DNA from: Chloroflexota bacterium
GTDB taxonomy: Bacteria; Chloroflexota; Anaerolineae; DUEN01
Assembly (NCBI GenBank): GCA_024277095.1
Contig: JAJRVX010000401.1
Coordinates: forward strand, 26 to 64,025
Length of the DNA stretch: 64,000 nt
Reading direction: 5' to 3'
Position numbers and translations under genes: made by a program. Shown one piece after another: positions 59,659 to 64,000 of this stretch. A model generated the notes under the pieces. That model was given only the letters and a program-made list of their open reading frames with translations, ran no database searches and was not told where the DNA came from. Positions within the stretch are counted from its first letter, which is position 1. Every line of letters begins with the position of its first letter.

Positions 59659-59740
59659 TGGAGCCGGCAGGACTCGAACCCGCACCTCTCGGGCGCACTT
59701 CGGCGTTACCCGAGCGTCCTCTCCGTTAGACGACGGCCCC
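59659..59740 (-). tRNA. Atypical tRNA-like gene with a 17-nt anticodon loop
   Basis: GGGGCCG TC GTCT AACGGAGA GGAC G CTCGG GTAACGCCGAAGTGCGC CCGAG AGGT GCGGG TTCGAGT CCTGC CGGCTCC A. The acceptor, D and T arms are canonical. The anticodon stem is a perfect 5 bp, but the loop is 17 nt instead of 7. Confidence 0.5.
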
Positions 59741-59782
59741 AAAAGGGAAGGGTGAGGGCATTATACCCTCACCCCCTGTTTA

Positions 59783-60172
59783 TCAGAAAGGTACGTCCTC
59801 GTCCTCTGCGGCTGGCACGGGCTCGGCAGCGCCGTTCCCGTTACTGCTGTTGCCGCCCAGGAAGCGCACATTGGCAGCTCGTAGTTCCAGCGTGGCGCGT
59901 GCATTCCCGTTCTGGTCAGTCCAGGTGGAAACGTCCACCTCGCCCTCAATGAGCACGGCGCGGCCTTTGTGCAAATACTGGCTGCACACGTCGGCCAGCT
60001 TGCCCCAGGCACTCACACGGAACCAGGTCGTCTTCTCCTGCGGGTTGCCGTCCCGGTCAGTCCACCGCCGGTTTGTGGCAACGCTGAACGTGCATACCTG
60101 CGCACCGCTTGGCGTGTACCGCACCTCGGGGTCGTTTCCCAAACGGCCGGCAATGATGACTTTCTGAAACAT
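59783..60172 (-). CDS. ssb: Single-stranded DNA-binding protein
   Basis: OB-fold block MFQKVIIAGRLGNDPEVRYTPSGAQVCTFSVATN...TWFRVSAWGKLA and an acidic tip EDEDVPF. Confidence 0.9.
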   Translation of the reverse strand: MFQKVIIAGRLGNDPEVRYTPSGAQVCTFSVATNRRWTDRDGNPQEKTTWFRVSAWGKLADVCSQYLHKGRAVLIEGEVDVSTWTDQNGNARATLELRAANVRFLGGNSSNGNGAAEPVPAAEDEDVPF

Positions 60173-60305
60173 GGTTACCTCCTGGGATGTTGGTTTGATC
60201 GGGGCGAATTACCCCACTCCTATCGTCGTCATGGTGTGGGAAACGCCGTGGTTCCCACATCGATTGGCTGCCAGAGAGGATCTCGCCTCCCGCAGCGCAT
60301 AGATG

Positions 60306-60746
60306 CTACCGCAGGAGGCGGGAGGGGTACTGTGCTTCCCCCAGTATGGCCTGGAAGGCCGGGTCTGGCTCCACCTCCCAGGCGGCGTTCACCTGCTCCT
60401 CACCCTTCGCCAGCCTGCCTGCAACGCCCATCGCGTAACGCAGGGCGGTCACGCGGGTGCCAAGCTTCACGCCGGCCTGGGTCAGCTTGGTGAACACGTC
60501 TATCGGCTCCAGGCCATTGGCGATCGCCTCTGCCACCGCTGCCCGTTGCTCGGGCGATAGTGGCCTGCGCAACGTACGATTGCCAGTCGTCGGCTCAAAG
60601 CCGTTCGCAATCCAACCGCCGATGAGCCGAATAAGCTTCTCGTCCATCGGCTTGTAGACCTGGCTGCCGACAACAACCTCGCTGCCGTTGATCTTGACAG
60701 CGATCTCGCGGCGTCCCCGCTTGAAGGTAATCACACGCTCGGCCAT
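60306..60746 (-). CDS. Hypothetical protein
   Basis: 146 aa with GGAGGT before the ATG. No motif recognised. Confidence 0.4.
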   Translation of the reverse strand: MAERVITFKRGRREIAVKINGSEVVVGSQVYKPMDEKLIRLIGGWIANGFEPTTGNRTLRRPLSPEQRAAVAEAIANGLEPIDVFTKLTQAGVKLGTRVTALRYAMGVAGRLAKGEEQVNAAWEVEPDPAFQAILGEAQYPSRLLR

Positions 60747-61462
60747 CTCATACCTCCTGGAAGTGATGTTGACTTTGGGGCCAACTACCCCACCCCTAAC
60801 CGTTCCAGGAGGCCCGCCTGCTCTGGCCGTCCGCCCCCATCCCCGGACGGGTGTCCTCCTCTCCCTCCCGCTCCAAGAACACCCCCCTGTTCATTTCTGA
60901 GAGCATGTGGGATGGTTTAGCACCCCCTTGCACACGGAGGGGTATGCTCGGTTTTCCTCACGCAGAGTACTAAAGCCGAGCACTTGCACATGGAGAGGAA
61001 GCCCGAATCTGCTTCTGACGCGGAGTCCTGATGCGGGTGATACTGTCGACGACGTGCGGAAGTGCAGTGGGGAAGTTAGATAGGTTGATGAGCGGCGGGG
61101 AGGATCTCGTGGTATTCCACAGCGAGGTTAACATTCTCGGTGGCCACACGATCAGGTGGATCTACGCGGAGTTACGGGAGAAGGCTTTGATCCTGAGCGT
61201 GGATGAAGCTAGCGTGGTACGAGAGGTACGTGGCGGGGACGCCGCTTGAGAAAGTGGTAATCGCGCGGGAGATCACCGAGCTCATCTACGAGCGGCTGCA
61301 CATGATTGACGGGGCTCGCATGAGAGAGATACGGGTGGCTATGCGGTAGCTACGGCCTATGTTCAGCGCCATCAACGTCCAGGTCGGTGACTCTATCCCT
61401 TTCACCTACGATCTGACGGTCAATGCCGGAGGCTGACCCGTAACACGATCCGCCGCCGTGGT

Positions 61463-61501
61463 GAGAGAGAGGGGCGTCGATGAGGCGCCCTTTCTCTTTT
61501 T
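61463..61501 (+). terminator. Intrinsic terminator-like hairpin plus T-run
   Basis: gagagagaggggcg tcgatgag gcgccctttctc ttttt. Confidence 0.45.
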
Positions 61502-61695
61502 GGCTCACTGCATCCTCTACGCCCGTTGAGAGAAGTTACATAGACGTTGAGAGGATCCCGAGGGCCTATGGACATGGATAATTTCTTTCATATATAATCT
61601 CAAGCGAGAGGAAAGTCATACCCTTTTGTTTCAAGGTAAAGTGATTCCACAAAGGCCAGCGAAAGGAAAAGCAAAGGCGAAAGGGAGGGGCAGCC

Positions 61696-63873
61696 ATGAA
61701 GAAGCTGCTTAAGTGGGGATGTGTTGGTACATCGGCCGTCGTAGGCCTTGTGGTCGTATTAGCGATCGCTGTTGTGTTGTTTAGCAATAAAGAGCAAGCT
61801 TTCTCTCCGTCAATCACATCGGAAGTCGTTGCGTCTCAGCCAATAATAACATCAGAACAACAGACTATAACGCCTGCTATCGAGGCGGTAAGCACTCATG
61901 AACCCACACTATCGCCTACAGAGCCACCAACCTCACTCCCATCAGCGCCCGCAGCTATACGGACGCCAACTCTCGTATCACAACTACATACACCTGAAAA
62001 GACAGAAGTGCCCCCTATTGAAACCATCCCCGTCTCAACGAGCGATCTAATCGTGTATGTGCCGAATATTCTGGGGAAATCTGTTCAAGAAATCGAAGAT
62101 CAATACGGCCAGGGTGCTATGATCACCCAAATGCCAGCCGGCGCTGTAGATTCAATCCCCGAAGGAGGGGAGATGCGGACATACACCGTCGGGAAGTACA
62201 GCTTCAGCGTAGCATACAACCTTAACGGCGTTGCAAAGGGCTTCCAGGTTATGGATGGACTTTCAGAAGACGACTACCTTCTGAATCAGTGGTCATTGCT
62301 TCTGAACCGCTTCGGTTTCTCCGTGACCGAATCCCCTGATATGCAAGCGCCTATGGCTGTACGCTGGGATAACTTTCACGGGTACAAAATAGAGATTGCC
62401 ACCTCCACCCCAGATGGGCCGGTATGGACGGTGAAGATATCGAAATTGAGAGATGAAGGGGAAAAGCCGATTGCACAACAGAAATCAGAGCCTGGTGCTC
62501 GACCATACGTCCAGGTCAAGGAGGGAGTTGTCAATATACGTCAAGGGCCTGACACATCTTTCCCTATTGTAGGGAAAATGCGGGAAGGTGATCATCACGC
62601 CATTATCGGCAAGACGCTTGACCAACGATGGTGGCAGATATGCTGTGTTAATGAGAATCCTGCGTGGGTGGCCGCGTGGGTTGTTGAAGCTACCGGAGAT
62701 GTAGGGCTTGTCCCTGTGGTACAGGAAATTACATCTACTGCCACGTCTACATTAACACTAACGCCATCCATTATTAAGCCTAAACCAACACCAACTTATC
62801 TGGCTCCTCCTGTTCATGAGATACTTGCCACTTGGCGCGATGAAAGTTTGACTGACGTACAGCGGGACGCCTACCTGAATAGTTTAAAAGGGAAACGTGC
62901 TGTAAATTGGTCGGGGCGTGTGACGAATGTAGACAAGACTCTCTTCTTCTTTTATACCGTTGAAGTGGATGTTACAGGAGATAGTGATTACGATGTTATC
63001 TTTCCAGTCAGTAAAGAAGAGGCTTTGCGAATTAACAAAGGACAACATATCGTCTTCTCTGGCACAATCTCGAGTTTTTCAAGCTTTCTTGGCCTCTCAC
63101 ATACGATTCACCTGAGCAACGTAACTTTTAGGCTCGTAGAAGCCCTCGATCTTACTCAACCATTACCAGGCCCTTACGTTCAGATCAAAGAGAGCCCGGT
63201 CAACATTCGCCAAGGGCCAGGCACATCGTTTCCCATTATAGGGAAGATGGTTGAGGGAAGCCGCTACGAGATTATCGGCAAAACACTTGATGAGAAATGG
63301 TGGCAGATATGCTGCGTCAATGACAAACCTGCCTGGGTCGCTGCGTGGGTAGTAGAGGCGGTAGGCAACACAGAGCAAATTGCCGTCGTTCAAGAGATCC
63401 CCACACCACCGCCGACACCAACACCTAAGCCACAGATGAATCTGGCTGAAGCCTTTCCCGGTATCGGAGAGACCGTCACGGCCAATGGTTGGGAATTCAA
63501 GATCTACGATGTAAAGAAGCGGAAAGCGGTCTATTTCTACGACGAGGCCTATATCGCTCAGGGACACTTCTTACTGGTCTTTATCGAGGCGGTTAATCGG
63601 AAGCCAGGGACTGCCTCCTTTGGCGATTTGGATCCATATGTTGCCGACCTCACAGGCAAGGAGTACGAGTATTCGTCCAAGGGGAGCTGGTATGCTCAAT
63701 GGCAATATGAGGGACTAAGCAGTTATTACGACGACGTGAACCCCGGAAACCTTATCCGGATAGTCCATGCATACGATCTCCCTGACACTGTAGGAGACGT
63801 CACATTTGGGGTAAACACAGGTCAAAAGATCTACTTAGGAAACTTCTCCGCTATGCCTTCTGAGGATAGCTGA
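61696..63873 (+). CDS. Membrane-anchored extracellular protein with two SH3b domains and a C-terminal DUF4352-like domain
   Basis: An N-terminal TM helix and a duplicated block VNIRQGP(D/G)TSFPI(V/I)GKM.EG....IIGKTLD..WWQICCVN..PAWVAAWVVEA. Confidence 0.65.
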   Translation: MKKLLKWGCVGTSAVVGLVVVLAIAVVLFSNKEQAFSPSITSEVVASQPIITSEQQTITPAIEAVSTHEPTLSPTEPPTSLPSAPAAIRTPTLVSQLHTPEKTEVPPIETIPVSTSDLIVYVPNILGKSVQEIEDQYGQGAMITQMPAGAVDSIPEGGEMRTYTVGKYSFSVAYNLNGVAKGFQVMDGLSEDDYLLNQWSLLLNRFGFSVTESPDMQAPMAVRWDNFHGYKIEIATSTPDGPVWTVKISKLRDEGEKPIAQQKSEPGARPYVQVKEGVVNIRQGPDTSFPIVGKMREGDHHAIIGKTLDQRWWQICCVNENPAWVAAWVVEATGDVGLVPVVQEITSTATSTLTLTPSIIKPKPTPTYLAPPVHEILATWRDESLTDVQRDAYLNSLKGKRAVNWSGRVTNVDKTLFFFYTVEVDVTGDSDYDVIFPVSKEEALRINKGQHIVFSGTISSFSSFLGLSHTIHLSNVTFRLVEALDLTQPLPGPYVQIKESPVNIRQGPGTSFPIIGKMVEGSRYEIIGKTLDEKWWQICCVNDKPAWVAAWVVEAVGNTEQIAVVQEIPTPPPTPTPKPQMNLAEAFPGIGETVTANGWEFKIYDVKKRKAVYFYDEAYIAQGHFLLVFIEAVNRKPGTASFGDLDPYVADLTGKEYEYSSKGSWYAQWQYEGLSSYYDDVNPGNLIRIVHAYDLPDTVGDVTFGVNTGQKIYLGNFSAMPSEDS

Positions 63874-63913
63874 AAGTCGATCGAGTACAAAGCCAGGTTC
63901 AAGATGATCTTAA

Positions 63914-64000
63914 TGGAGAGACATGGCAGATGAGGTACACCAGGAATTGGGATGCACGCTAGAGATTGTGCGACGCCCCAAGGGGCAACGCGGGTTTGTG
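63914..64000 (+). pseudogene. C-terminal fragment of an IS5/IS4-superfamily DDE transposase (truncated upstream, runs off the window)
   Basis: The frame opens after TAA 63911 and reads WRDMADEVHQELGCTLEIVRRPKGQRGFV. This resembles the LGW.LE(I/V)V.R....GF.VLPRRWVVERTF region of IS5-like transposases. No DDE domain lies upstream. Confidence 0.4.

Larger units (their letters stand above)
47031..64000. mobile_element. Putative integrated element (genomic island / prophage-like); left end at the tRNA-Leu fragment, right end beyond the window
   Basis: There is a tRNA 3' fragment at the boundary and a visible drop in G+C and third-position GC after ~47.1 kb. The region is ORFan-rich and carries its own tRNAs, an SSB, a polymerase-like gene and a transposase remnant. 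Confidence 0.6.

Noticed and set aside
61031-61249. A 72-aa plus-strand ORF and the following short frame (about 61255..61348) in the element.
   Set aside because: It could be real, because a terminator follows at 61463-61501. However, there is no clear RBS or motif, so I left it uncalled.

Overview
This is a high-GC bacterial chromosomal segment. PT-rich linkers, PEP-CTERM tails and overall gene content suggest a Chloroflexota-like organism, but that is inference only. Many ORFs in the track are long antisense artefacts typical of high-GC DNA.

Positions 1-47 kb look like ordinary core genome:
- Proteases and envelope: two tandem M16 peptidases, ugd, and an O-antigen-ligase/GtrA/GT4 envelope cluster.
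- Transport: an MFS transporter, a MalK-like ABC ATPase, and a ribose-type sugar ABC operon.
- Metabolism and repair: mutY, a PfkB kinase, a Memo-like protein, an aminotransferase, a DapA-family lyase, gamma-glutamyltransferase and mgsA.
- An MTA/SAH-deaminase-like amidohydrolase fused to a CYTH domain.
- valS behind a T-box leader.
- A 1446-aa secreted HExxH metalloprotease placed divergently from a SARP-ATPase-TPR regulator.
- An orphan histidine kinase.

This core part also carries at least five copies of a structured MITE-like repeat of about 170-250 bp. It has terminal inverted repeats and TNA flanking duplications.

At about 47.03 kb a 3' fragment of tRNA-Leu(UAA), starting in the anticodon loop, marks the edge of an integrated element. 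The element is visibly more A+T-rich and full of ORFan genes, and it runs to the window end (at least 17 kb, right end not seen).

The standout feature of the element is a 743-aa protein carrying the ordered signature motifs of two-barrel RNA polymerases, meaning YonO and eukaryotic-type RdRP-like enzymes. The motifs include a GDFDGD metal loop. This gene heads a translationally coupled operon of small ORFan genes that ends in an element-encoded tRNA(CAU).

The element also carries:
- an SSB;
- a tRNA-like gene with a 17-nt anticodon loop;
- a HEPN (Rx4H) plus zinc-ribbon protein with membrane-protein neighbours;
- a nitrilase-family enzyme;
- PEP-CTERM and SH3b surface proteins;
- an IS5-like transposase remnant at the window edge.

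All functional calls come from reading motifs in the translations. No database search was run.
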